DNA from: Marinicellaceae bacterium
GTDB taxonomy: Bacteria > Pseudomonadota > Gammaproteobacteria > Xanthomonadales > Marinicellaceae
DNA: 64,000 nucleotides
Assembly: GCA_045107085.1 (NCBI GenBank)
Contig: JBGCFT010000088.1
Coordinates: 631-64,630, forward strand
Reading direction: 5' to 3'
Numbering within the stretch: position 1 is the first letter of the stretch; each line of letters begins with the position of its first letter. Below are positions 6,431 through 15,595 of the stretch, one piece after another. Under the pieces are notes generated by a model. It had not been told where the DNA came from, did not search any database, and worked only from the letters and a program-made list of their open reading frames with translations. The translations under genes and the position numbers were made by a program.

Positions 6431-9232
6431 TCAATCTTCCTCATCATCTGACCCACACATTTCTAATAAACCCATTTGTGAAATCACCATGCTCATTGCT
6501 ACTGCTGTTTCTGCGTTGATTGGGCCATCTGTTATGCTTCCTAATAATCCAAAGCTACTGGTGTCTATTTTCACAGCTTTAAAATTTAAATCTGCCCATG
6601 ATTCAAGCATTTTTTGACCTGATTGTTTATACATAAAACCACTCATTGAGCCATAAACAAATTCATCAGTGATGGTTTCTATACTTAACTGTGGAGATTT
6701 AGGCATTTCATGCGGATCATCATCTTGGCATGAACTATAGTGTCCTGCAATAAAGGTTTTCTCTTTTAGCAGCATCATAGCTGAACCATTGACATAATCA
6801 GTAATAAAGGGGTGCTCTGTTCGACACACTGAATCAAAAGAATGTATGCCAACACTTGCTGTTTTGTTGGACAATGTGATTGTGACTGAATCAGTATGAT
6901 TGGGATCTGAAAGCATCAATACCCAGCCATCAGTCACTTTTGCTGCATAGGCTTGTGTGCCTTCATTGTTATTTTCAGGAGTAGAAACACTCCATTGGCA
7001 TTGACAATTTAATGATAATTCGCGTTTATCAATTACCATACCAGTAGCTTTGTCTTTGAGGGCAATAACAACCACTTCTTTTGATTTGTTTTGTGGTGGC
7101 TGATACAACCACTGTTGGGACAATTTTCCGGGTCCTGAAAGTACCAAGTCAAAATCATCTTCGGTTACATTGTCTTCAAATATAACACCATTGGCCTCTA
7201 GTCCATCACCAACAATGGTTAATTCATTTACGTTTTCAGCCAATGCCATGGCATGATTGGATAACTTAAACTGAATGGTTTGGGATTTATCAACACAATC
7301 TACACTAGGTGATAACTTTGGCAAGACTAAGCTTGAACTCACTGTTTTGGATTTGTTGTGTTTGCTGCGGACAGTAATTGAGGCAGGAAAATGATTGAGA
7401 TCTTTTGGTGTTTTTACAGCAATTCTATATATCCCTGCCTCTTTATTAATGGTCGAAATAGAATCAATTGCTGTGCCAGTGCTGGGTTCAACCAAATAAT
7501 CATCTATGTTTAATCCAGATTTGGCAGTAAATTTAAATTGGTATGTTTTATTGGGCATGCTCAGCTTATAACTGGGCAAAAGTTTCATGGTGTCATTTTC
7601 GACTTTTACTGGCAGTTTTAAGTTGACTTTGTTGTTGGCAAATTTGGCACCATTTGAATTGAGATAAATTAAGGCATCGCCCTCGTTTACAGCTGTATAA
7701 GGCAAAATTTTGTTGGTCTTATCAAAGAGTTCTAGTTTAATGATTTTAGGATGAATACTTTGACTGGCAATATAATTGGGATCAAGAATATTAACTTCAG
7801 GATAATCAAACTTATCAATCTTGATTAAATCAGGCGCTTTAGGCAATGCTTGATTGTCAGCACGCCATGCGCCCATACCATGTGTAGCATCTGCAAATGA
7901 TCCATGGGTTTGTTTGTTGATCAATCTGAGCAAATTAGACAATCGGTTAATATTACGACCCATTCCACTTTTGTTTAAAAATCCAACCAGTTTTGTCGAT
8001 TGGCTTAATTTAGATAAAGAGCTGTTTATTTTTCCTGTTTGAATTGCAGTACCTAATATGACTTTACCAATGTCAATCCCTGGTGCTTGAGGTGTGACCC
8101 AAAAAGCAGTCACCTCTCCTTTGGTTTTGTTGACTAAGTTCAATATATTTGAACCGTAATCCGCCCTTTCATTGATCAATTTGTTTGGAAAAAAACCAGC
8201 TGCCAGTTTATCCAAAAACCCCCAAATCATAATGGCATTGTTGTAGGTGTCTCCCACTGCATCCAGAGCTTTTAAATAAGCGATTTTTCCACCTGATGCT
8301 TTATTCAGTGCTGAAAATCCAATAGAAGCAACCGCGCCTGAAGCATCGCGATACCTGGAGACACTTGGTCTACCATTTATCTCACTGCCAAACTGCAATT
8401 GCATCAATTCGCTTAATGCCGCCGCCGTTTTAGGTGGTTTTATAATGGGTAATAATTGCGATCCATCCAGCGCCATGGCGCTTGAAATGGGGTTTAATGC
8501 CTTGAGAAAAGTCATAAATTTAGAAGGCTTGTTTGAAGGTGCTAATTGAGATAACAATTGATCATAGTGAGCTTGTTCTTTTTCAAACGAACCAAACATT
8601 GAATCAATCAACCCAGACTGGATCCAAATATAATTCATGTGCTTAATGGCCAATAAGGTATCGTTGTTGTTTGATGATTCAAGGTTTTGCCACTGTTTTC
8701 TTAAGGATTTTTCATTATTAACCCCATCAAACATGTATACAAAAGTGTTAAGCAATAATTTAACATCGTTTTTATGGTCAACTAATGGTTGGCGTAATTC
8801 TTCATAGTCAAATCCTGTTATCAAACTCAAATTAACCAGCCTTTGTTGAATTAAGTCCAACACTTCATTCATGAATGGTTCGCTTTCATACATTTCACTA
8901 TTGACTGATATCTTGCCCAAATCACATCCGCCATTGGTTTCATCATAATAGACAAGTTTGAGTGGTTGAGTATTGGATAAATCATTGAGAAAGTTTACCA
9001 ATAAAGCATCATAATTTTTAAAAGCTTGTACAATAGTAGTGCCAACAATGTCCTCCCCCTGTACATAAAAAACCACACCAAAGTCTTGCCCTTGTAAAAA
9101 ACGATCAGGCAATTGTTCCCAAGTCAAAGCAGAAACTTGTTCAGCATTGACTTGTGTTGCACATTGTTTGATTTCTGCAACAGCATTGTCTGTTATCAAA
9201 ATAACCAAGAATAAAATTAATGCGTATTTCAT
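6431..9232 (-). CDS. large secreted hypothetical protein (934 aa)
   Basis: Signal-peptide-like MKYALILFLVILITDNAVA, with AGGAA about 8 nt upstream of this ATG. The long ORF is uninterrupted, with no catalytic motif recognised. The central and C-terminal parts look beta-rich (Ig-like), and the protein ends in the acidic tail GSDDEED. Confidence 0.6.
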   Translation of the reverse strand: MKYALILFLVILITDNAVAEIKQCATQVNAEQVSALTWEQLPDRFLQGQDFGVVFYVQGEDIVGTTIVQAFKNYDALLVNFLNDLSNTQPLKLVYYDETNGGCDLGKISVNSEMYESEPFMNEVLDLIQQRLVNLSLITGFDYEELRQPLVDHKNDVKLLLNTFVYMFDGVNNEKSLRKQWQNLESSNNNDTLLAIKHMNYIWIQSGLIDSMFGSFEKEQAHYDQLLSQLAPSNKPSKFMTFLKALNPISSAMALDGSQLLPIIKPPKTAAALSELMQLQFGSEINGRPSVSRYRDASGAVASIGFSALNKASGGKIAYLKALDAVGDTYNNAIMIWGFLDKLAAGFFPNKLINERADYGSNILNLVNKTKGEVTAFWVTPQAPGIDIGKVILGTAIQTGKINSSLSKLSQSTKLVGFLNKSGMGRNINRLSNLLRLINKQTHGSFADATHGMGAWRADNQALPKAPDLIKIDKFDYPEVNILDPNYIASQSIHPKIIKLELFDKTNKILPYTAVNEGDALIYLNSNGAKFANNKVNLKLPVKVENDTMKLLPSYKLSMPNKTYQFKFTAKSGLNIDDYLVEPSTGTAIDSISTINKEAGIYRIAVKTPKDLNHFPASITVRSKHNKSKTVSSSLVLPKLSPSVDCVDKSQTIQFKLSNHAMALAENVNELTIVGDGLEANGVIFEDNVTEDDFDLVLSGPGKLSQQWLYQPPQNKSKEVVVIALKDKATGMVIDKRELSLNCQCQWSVSTPENNNEGTQAYAAKVTDGWVLMLSDPNHTDSVTITLSNKTASVGIHSFDSVCRTEHPFITDYVNGSAMMLLKEKTFIAGHYSSCQDDDPHEMPKSPQLSIETITDEFVYGSMSGFMYKQSGQKMLESWADLNFKAVKIDTSSFGLLGSITDGPINAETAVAMSMVISQMGLLEMCGSDDEED

Positions 9233-9408
9233 GTGTGTATTTCCTATGCAAAACATCCCTATTATTCTAACAAATCACAACAAAATGTCGATTGAGGATT
9301 TCAACATAATTAAAAATATCAGATATTCAAAGCTATGTACAAAGTTTTTTTATAATGGTAAATTAATCTGTGACGAATACAAAAATCATCCTAAACAGGG
9401 GTACAATC

Positions 9409-9873
9409 ATGAAAAAAGCACTATTATTCATAACATTACTTTTAATTTCAATATCAGCAACTTCAGAAACCGAAATAAAAAACCAAAACTATGATGCCCA
9501 ACTTGCAAAAAAAGTCGGTGCTGATGATTATGGCATGAAAAGTTATGTGTTTGTTATATTAAAATCAGGTGATAACCAATCCACAGATACTGAAGTTCGC
9601 AACAAAAGTTTCAGAGGACACATGAATAATATGCGTCGATTAGCAGAAGAAGAGAAGCTGGTTTTAGCTGGTCCATTTGGAAAAAATAACAAAGACTACC
9701 GTGGCTTGTTTATCTTAAACGTAACAACCATAGAACAAGCAGAAGAGCTGTTATCAACAGACCCAACCATCAGTGCAGGCTACCTGAGTTACGAAATGAC
9801 ACCATGGTATGGTTCAGCTGCCATTTCTGAATATCTAGAAGCATCAGATAAGGTTTGGAAAGTTAAACCTTAA
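9409..9873 (+). CDS. exported YciI-like (YCII-related) domain protein
   Basis: Signal peptide MKKALLFITLLLISISATSE. The core FRGHMNNMRRLAEEEKLVLAGPFG...RGLFILNV...AEELLSTDPTISAGYLSYEMTPWY resembles secreted YciI-like proteins that I recall mainly from Bacteroidetes. Confidence 0.55.
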   Translation: MKKALLFITLLLISISATSETEIKNQNYDAQLAKKVGADDYGMKSYVFVILKSGDNQSTDTEVRNKSFRGHMNNMRRLAEEEKLVLAGPFGKNNKDYRGLFILNVTTIEQAEELLSTDPTISAGYLSYEMTPWYGSAAISEYLEASDKVWKVKP

Positions 9874-9884
9874 AACAATCCATA

Positions 9885-10541
9885 TTAATTAGCTGGTAAA
9901 TACAAACCTTCATCCTTGATAAGCTCTAAAATATCTTGTGACAAATGATTAGACATATCTGTTTTATGTAAATTTGCTCTAATATAAGAAGAGGATGTAT
10001 CGATTGATTTTTGTTTTTCTATCAAGTAAACATCTGGGTTTAATCCACGTAATTCTTCAATAAACCGTTTGTTGATTTTATTCCCTGGTCTGTGGTTAAT
10101 GAGCAAACCTGAATGATTAAGAATATCCTTCCAACCAAACCATTTTCTAAATTTTGGCCAACGCCCCTGAAAATGATCCGAACTGACCATGAACAAACAG
10201 TTTTTCTTATTCAGGTGTTTTATAGTTTTGAGACTGTAGTTATTTTCTCCAGTTGTGTTTGCTATGAGTTTTTCTATGTCACAAACCATAATTGAATCAT
10301 GCGTTTTTTTTGAAAGTCGACTGGCTACAATGTGACACATTTCTAGACGTTGAGTAAAACTGGCTTTTGGTGATTTTTTATTTGCTATCAAATTAGGTTG
10401 ATAGACAGGAATTAAAACAAATTCTTTTATTGTAATATTCAATTCTCTCAAATATCGTATGCCATTAATAATCGCTTGTTCATGACCAAGATGAATGGGG
10501 TCGGCGGTGAGTCCGAAAATCACAGAATATTGTTTTAACAT
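9885..10541 (-). CDS. nadD: nicotinate(nicotinamide)-nucleotide adenylyltransferase-like protein (NadD family, divergent)
   Basis: N-terminal FGLTADPIHLGHE (the (H/T)xGH nucleotidyltransferase motif) and a C-terminal SSSYIR (ISSTxIR-like). It does not sit in the usual nadD-rsfS-rlmH context. Confidence 0.55.
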   Translation of the reverse strand: MLKQYSVIFGLTADPIHLGHEQAIINGIRYLRELNITIKEFVLIPVYQPNLIANKKSPKASFTQRLEMCHIVASRLSKKTHDSIMVCDIEKLIANTTGENNYSLKTIKHLNKKNCLFMVSSDHFQGRWPKFRKWFGWKDILNHSGLLINHRPGNKINKRFIEELRGLNPDVYLIEKQKSIDTSSSYIRANLHKTDMSNHLSQDILELIKDEGLYLPAN

Positions 10542-10993
10542 ATTTTAAATATCCAAAAAAATTGCAGGGCTTTAGAAGTTATCATCTGAAATTTTATTAA
10601 CTTGTTGCTTTCAAAGCTGCCCTGTATCAGATTTTACAGCTGAAAGTCAATCCAGTAAATATCTCCTTTAAGCAATTCGTGTAATTATTTTTGTTGTCAT
10701 TGATATTTTGATGCTTTGCAAATAGATATAAGTTGAGATATTAAATTTTTTTTGAAAACATTGGGGGTTTAAATAATGGTATTAACAACAAATTTAGAAT
10801 TGTGAGGAAATAGTCAAAGCACAGCATCATTTATAACTTATTATTGTATAATCACAATATAAGAATTCATTGAAACTTATCATCATTCGGTAGTTATAGT
10901 TAATTTTCAGCAATGTGCCAAATTCAAGACTGTTGAACATCAATAGAAATATATAACAGGAATCCTGAACCAACACGTATTTTAAGCAAAATT

Positions 10994-11713
10994 ATGAGAT
11001 TAAACTTTATCAATAAAAATAGTCCTGAAGGCAATAAGCAATCCAATTTCATGACATATGCGATTCGAGAAATTATTTTAGTTGTAATAGGGATCTTAAT
11101 AGCAGTTTCAATAAATAACTGGAACGAAAATAGAAAGAAAAATAACGAACTGCAACAATTATTAGTTAAAGTAAAAGAAGACTTGAAAACTGACTTAAAT
11201 AAAATTGACAAGGTTGTTAAGCATTATGAAAATATTAAGCCTGTATTTCAGAAAGTTTTAAAGTCAGAATACACAATAGAAGACTATAAAAACAATTCGA
11301 CAATAGCTTTTCTCATTTTTGGTTATCCAGAACTGACCTTGAATCAAAGAGGTGTCTCATTATTGGAGAACTTTAAAGGAAGTATAGTGCCTAAGAAGAG
11401 AGAAAAATTAGTACAAGAATTAATCATGTTTTACAAGGAGCAGTTATGGGAAATAAAGGTTGATGACGAATTACGTTCTAAGGATTCTAAAGAAAATTTC
11501 ACGTATTGGAAAAATAATACTGATTGGTGGCTAGATTATGTACAATTAAAAATTACGAGTGGGTTTATTGATTATGCCTTAAAAAGTAGGGACTATAAAA
11601 CCAGAGTTGCTACGACTGAATTTTTTGCTTACAAAGTTTATTTGCCAGAATTAATTAAATTTAAACAGAAAGCACAAGAACTGATCGAAAAAATCGAAAC
11701 TATTAATAAATAA
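10994..11713 (+). CDS. DUF6090-like membrane-anchored protein
   Basis: YAIREIILVVIGILIAVSINNWNENRKK closely matches the N-terminal anchor signature (YAIGEI.LVVIGILIALQINNWNE) that I associate with Flavobacteriia DUF6090 proteins. Confidence 0.55.
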   Translation: MRLNFINKNSPEGNKQSNFMTYAIREIILVVIGILIAVSINNWNENRKKNNELQQLLVKVKEDLKTDLNKIDKVVKHYENIKPVFQKVLKSEYTIEDYKNNSTIAFLIFGYPELTLNQRGVSLLENFKGSIVPKKREKLVQELIMFYKEQLWEIKVDDELRSKDSKENFTYWKNNTDWWLDYVQLKITSGFIDYALKSRDYKTRVATTEFFAYKVYLPELIKFKQKAQELIEKIETINK

Positions 11714-11787
11714 AAAAATGGATAGAAGGCTTCTCATTTTCTCCTCTATTATCGAAACTCTTTACGAATATTCAAATTTGCCTATAT

Positions 11788-12654
11788 ATGAAAATAAACC
11801 AAATGATAAAACAATTATTAATTTTTAAATTGATTATTTTCTGCTCTGTTGGGTTTTGTCAAAATTCAGTATTTACAAAAGGAGAGGTGTGGACAATATC
11901 AGAAGGAAATATCCAGTCAAATGGAAGTGATAAAGATGTTTTGTCAGATAAATATTGGCAGTATTTAAATAAAATATTACCCACTAAATTGTTGCACCAA
12001 CATATAGTAAGTTTACGTTTGTTTTCAGACGGCATTGCCAATGATTTAGGTGGCATCTCTCCCCTAAATAAAGAGAACAGCCAATGGGAAATTGATATTG
12101 ATACCTATGATTTTAATTTTAAAAACACACACCCGTCACATGTATTATTATATTCACACACCATTATTCATGAATTCGGCCACTTACTCACTTTAAACCC
12201 AGAACAATTAAAGGTTTCAAACGATGTAAACCACAGTGTGGCCGAAGGTTATTTAGCTAAAGAAAGTCATCTAAAAACAGACAGTTACCTTGGAATATTT
12301 ATTCATAAATTTTGGCAAGGCACTCTTTTCTCAGAATGGGACAGCATTCAAAACTATAACAATCCAAGCAAAAGAGAACATTTACTTTATCAGTTGTATT
12401 TAAATAATAAAAATCAGTTTCTGACGGATTATGCTGTAGAAAGCCCAGAAGAGGACATTGCCGAATCATGGGCTTTTTTTGTCTTAAGTGAGAAGCCAGT
12501 TATGGATAAAATCAAACATCAAAAAGTTTTGTTTTTTTATGAATTTCCCGAATTAGTTGAGTATCGCAAGAACATTAGAAATAATCTTGAATTGATACCT
12601 CAAGATTACATTAAAAACTATGAATTTAATCGTGATCAACTTTCTTCGAATTAA
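11788..12654 (+). CDS. secreted putative zinc metallopeptidase (HExxH, gluzincin-like)
   Basis: Signal-like N-terminus LLIFKLIIFCSVGFCQ, HTIIHEFGHLLT (HExxH), and a downstream EEDIAESWAFF as a possible third-ligand Glu helix. Confidence 0.5.
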   Translation: MKINQMIKQLLIFKLIIFCSVGFCQNSVFTKGEVWTISEGNIQSNGSDKDVLSDKYWQYLNKILPTKLLHQHIVSLRLFSDGIANDLGGISPLNKENSQWEIDIDTYDFNFKNTHPSHVLLYSHTIIHEFGHLLTLNPEQLKVSNDVNHSVAEGYLAKESHLKTDSYLGIFIHKFWQGTLFSEWDSIQNYNNPSKREHLLYQLYLNNKNQFLTDYAVESPEEDIAESWAFFVLSEKPVMDKIKHQKVLFFYEFPELVEYRKNIRNNLELIPQDYIKNYEFNRDQLSSN

Positions 12655-12672
12655 ATAGTAACACCGATTAAT

Positions 12673-12873
12673 TTATTGTTTAGGTAATAAACAACCAAAA
12701 TTATGGCCTCTTTTTTCATTAATGGCTTTTACCACTAAATCGGCTGCTTTTATATTTTTAAGAAAATTAACACAAACTTTATAACCCGATTTCGCTAATA
12801 AATTAGAAGTTGCCGCCCCTATTCCCCGGCTTCAACCAGTAACGACGACAACTTTGTTTATTGAACGAATCAA
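12673..12873 (-). pseudogene. short-chain dehydrogenase/reductase (SDR) N-terminal remnant
   Basis: The minus-strand translation gives KVVVVTG*SRGIGAATSNLLAKSGYKVCVNF.... This is the TGxxxGIG Rossmann motif interrupted by an in-frame TGA (12832-12834). Similarity ends after about 55 codons, and the remnant is only 66 codons long. Confidence 0.6.
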
Positions 12874-12877
12874 GCCT

Positions 12878-13732
12878 TTAAGAGTTAGCTTGGTGAAGAT
12901 GAACATCCCTTTGTGGGTAAGGCAGGTTACAACCGCCTGCTTCTAGACCGACTTTAATTTGCTCTAACACATCACTATAAACCTTCCAATAATCATCGGT
13001 TTTTACCCAAGGCCTGACATTAAAATTGACCGAACTATCAGCAAGAGCAATTACATTGACAGAAGGAGCAGGGTCTTTTAGAACCAGTTCATGTGACTCT
13101 AAAATATCTAGCATAATTTTTTTTGCCAATTTAAGGTCATCGTCATAACTCACACCCACAACTAAATCCACACGCCTCGTGGCATTAGCTGAATAATTTA
13201 TAATAGATCCAGTTGTAATTTCGCCATTAGGAATAATGATTTGTTTGTTATCTGTTGATTTCATCAAAGTATTGAATATTCTGATTTCTAGGACCGTGCC
13301 TGAATGCCCAGCTACTTCTATAAAGTCACCAATTTTAAAGGGTCTGAAAAATACAATCATCACACCTGATGCAATATTTGACAACGAATCTTTGAGAGCC
13401 AAACCGATAGCAAGGCCTGCAGCGGCAATGATGCCCAGTAAGGAAGTGGTTTGAATGCCTAATTCACCTAAAGCTGTAATAATGACAACGGTTAATAGTA
13501 AAAAATAGATAAATGTTTTAAGGAAGTTAATTAAAATTGGTGCCGCACCAGATCTGGTGAGCGCTTTGCCAACCAGATGTGACAATAATTTTGCGATTTT
13601 TTTTCCTATCCAATAGATAAAAAATGCAATGACCACTTTGGTTACTATAGCTAATATGGCATCTGGATTATTTACAAATGACATTATGTTTTGTTTTAAA
13701 GTATCGATGATACTCAGGTTTTCTTGTTCCAT
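12878..13732 (-). CDS. mscS: small-conductance mechanosensitive channel (MscS family)
   Basis: IASGVMIVFFRPFKIGDFIEVAGHSGTVLEIRIFNTLMKSTDNKQIIIPNGEI is the conserved MscS TM3/beta-domain signature. The start was chosen at MEQENL; upstream ATGs exist. Confidence 0.8.
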   Translation of the reverse strand: MEQENLSIIDTLKQNIMSFVNNPDAILAIVTKVVIAFFIYWIGKKIAKLLSHLVGKALTRSGAAPILINFLKTFIYFLLLTVVIITALGELGIQTTSLLGIIAAAGLAIGLALKDSLSNIASGVMIVFFRPFKIGDFIEVAGHSGTVLEIRIFNTLMKSTDNKQIIIPNGEITTGSIINYSANATRRVDLVVGVSYDDDLKLAKKIMLDILESHELVLKDPAPSVNVIALADSSVNFNVRPWVKTDDYWKVYSDVLEQIKVGLEAGGCNLPYPQRDVHLHQANS

Positions 13733-13878
13733 ATATCTGTCCAAAATAAAACGAATCATTTTAGCATATGATGAACAATGCGCTTGTAAAACATAGTTAA
13801 AACCACAATAATGTGACCTCACATAATTATTTGTTCATTGTTATTAAAAATTCTCGATCCATAACCGACATTATTGGC

Positions 13879-14220
13879 ATGACGCTTTCAATGGTTTGTG
13901 CTGTTCAATGTGCGCTAGCACCAATTATTTTGAGCATTGCACCAATCATTCCAAAATGGGCGCACTTTGGTCATGGTTGGGTATGGATAAGTTGTATATT
14001 AATTATTGCTGCATGGAGTATTGGCAGAGGTTTCCTCAAACATAAAAACAAAAAGGTTTTATTATTTGCGGTATTTGGAGTGGGTTTTTTGTTAACAGGT
14101 ACCTTTTTAGAGGGCATGTTAACGACATTGTCTGAATCTGCAGTTTTTGTTTCTGGTGGAGTTTTGTTGACTATCGCACATTGGAAAAACTTTAAACTAG
14201 AAAAAGCTTGTAAAAATTAA
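13879..14220 (+). CDS. MerC-domain-like membrane protein
   Basis: Four hydrophobic segments with an N-terminal CAVQCALAP cysteine pair. The size and pattern resemble MerC-family proteins often found beside ArsR regulators. Confidence 0.45.
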   Translation: MTLSMVCAVQCALAPIILSIAPIIPKWAHFGHGWVWISCILIIAAWSIGRGFLKHKNKKVLLFAVFGVGFLLTGTFLEGMLTTLSESAVFVSGGVLLTIAHWKNFKLEKACKN

Positions 14221-14240
14221 CAAATAATAAGGTTTCTTGT

Positions 14241-14567
14241 TTATTTTGTTTTTGATGGGCAATACAGCTCACTGAGTACTTGTATTATTTTTGTTGTATT
14301 TGATTGTGCCAAAGAGTAAAAAATTGCTTGTGACTCTCTTCGAGTTTTCACCATACCCTCCCTTCTTAAAGTAGCCAAATGCTGACTTAATGCTGATTGA
14401 CTCAGGCCAATTTTTTGGTGTAATTCAGAAACAGAACATTCTCGAGCTTCTAGTGCACACAAAATCATTAAGCGTGATTCACTGGATAAAGTTTTCAGCA
14501 GCCGAGCTGCTTTTGTAGCATGTTCTTTTAACTCTTGATAAGAAGATTGTGGGCTTTTATGGGTCAT
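14241..14567 (-). CDS. ArsR/SmtB family transcriptional regulator
   Basis: Winged-HTH core ESRLMILCALEARECSVSELHQKIGLSQSALSQHLATLRREGMV. Confidence 0.8.
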   Translation of the reverse strand: MTHKSPQSSYQELKEHATKAARLLKTLSSESRLMILCALEARECSVSELHQKIGLSQSALSQHLATLRREGMVKTRRESQAIFYSLAQSNTTKIIQVLSELYCPSKTK

Positions 14568-14862
14568 ATGAGTACAGAATATTTAGCGTACTATATTATA
14601 GATAATTTCTTTGATTAAAGCGATACAAAGTCACTTGAGTTATGACTATTGGCTCATGATTTTATATTTTGATAAAAATATTAAAACTTAATTGATCACA
14701 CAATGGTCATAAATAAGACAGATTTAGTGTTTATTATTGAATTACTTATTATTCTAAGAGAACCAATATTATGCTGGTATTTATTCCAACAAATGAAATC
14801 GACAAGAATTATGCTAATGAAGGGTTTAGTTTCAAGCCGCTAATAATTGAAGCCTATCAGTA

Positions 14863-15291
14863 TCATTTAGATGTTTCTTGTAGTGCAGAAAAAACCCAAA
14901 ATTTATTCAACAAAAAGGTGAAAACAGGGACGGTTACAATCAACAAGGGTAAAACCTGCGATACATAATCAAGTTGCATTACTGTTGCCAATATATAAAC
15001 GCCACCTTGATGTAAAACTAAGGCAACAAGCGCAGTAACCAAAAATTTAGGAAATCTTTTTCTGTGGTCTTCAACATCTTTAAACGAGTAAAAGTAATGC
15101 CCAATATAAGCAGTCAATAGACCAAAAACAAAACCCATAAAATGGGCAACAAAAGAATGAATATTGAGTTTATCATGAGCGATATAAGCCAAAGCAAAAT
15201 GCACAATGCTTGCTGTCACACCAACAATGCCATAGCGGAAAAGTAAGGCAATAATTGGGCTATTCAATAATTGCAAATATATCTTCTTCAT
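14863..15291 (-). CDS. GtrA family membrane protein
   Basis: FRYGIVGVTASIVHFALAY, four TM segments and a length of about 140 aa. Confidence 0.65.
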   Translation of the reverse strand: MKKIYLQLLNSPIIALLFRYGIVGVTASIVHFALAYIAHDKLNIHSFVAHFMGFVFGLLTAYIGHYFYSFKDVEDHRKRFPKFLVTALVALVLHQGGVYILATVMQLDYVSQVLPLLIVTVPVFTFLLNKFWVFSALQETSK

Positions 15292-15595
15292 TGGCCTTTA
15301 TTTTTATTGGCTTTAAAGACTCACCTAAGCAAGGCCCATTTATACACAATCCATTTAAAGGGTTAAACTCTGCACCATGTGCCGGACAAACAATGGTTTC
15401 TGAATCAGAAATTAAAAATTTTCCGGTTGCATAGTCCATTCTTCGGCCTTGATGTGGGCAAAAATTTTCGAATGCAACATACTGATTATTTATGTATTGC
15501 ACCATAATAGACATTAATCCTTTACTCGATTCTAAAGAAAACTCATACCAAGTATTCGGTTTAAAATCATCCACGGCTGCAAGTTTAACAATCAT
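15260..15595 (-). CDS. Rieske (2Fe-2S) domain protein
   Basis: CPHQG...(17 aa)...CPAHG Rieske cluster-ligand boxes; 111 aa. Confidence 0.8.
   Translation of the reverse strand: MIVKLAAVDDFKPNTWYEFSLESSKGLMSIMVQYINNQYVAFENFCPHQGRRMDYATGKFLISDSETIVCPAHGAEFNPLNGLCINGPCLGESLKPIKIKANEEDIFAIIE

Noticed and set aside
9147-9494. 115-aa plus-strand ORF spanning the divergent promoter region
   Set aside because: It overlaps the 5' end of the 934-aa gene on the opposite strand and the start of the YciI-like gene in another frame. It is AT-rich with low-complexity translation.
12832-12834. The in-frame TGA at the Gly position of the SDR motif as evidence for TGA recoding (Gly or Trp genetic codes)
   Set aside because: TGA terminates several well-supported genes here at conserved-length ends and in ATGA overlaps (RraA-like, gmd-like, dprA, rimK, waaA). 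The SDR frame also collapses after about 55 codons, so simple pseudogenisation explains it.
14771-14968. 65-aa plus-strand ORF between arsR and gtrA
   Set aside because: Its 3' half overlaps the GtrA-family gene on the opposite strand. It has no RBS or motif, and the region is more simply the arsR promoter and spacer.
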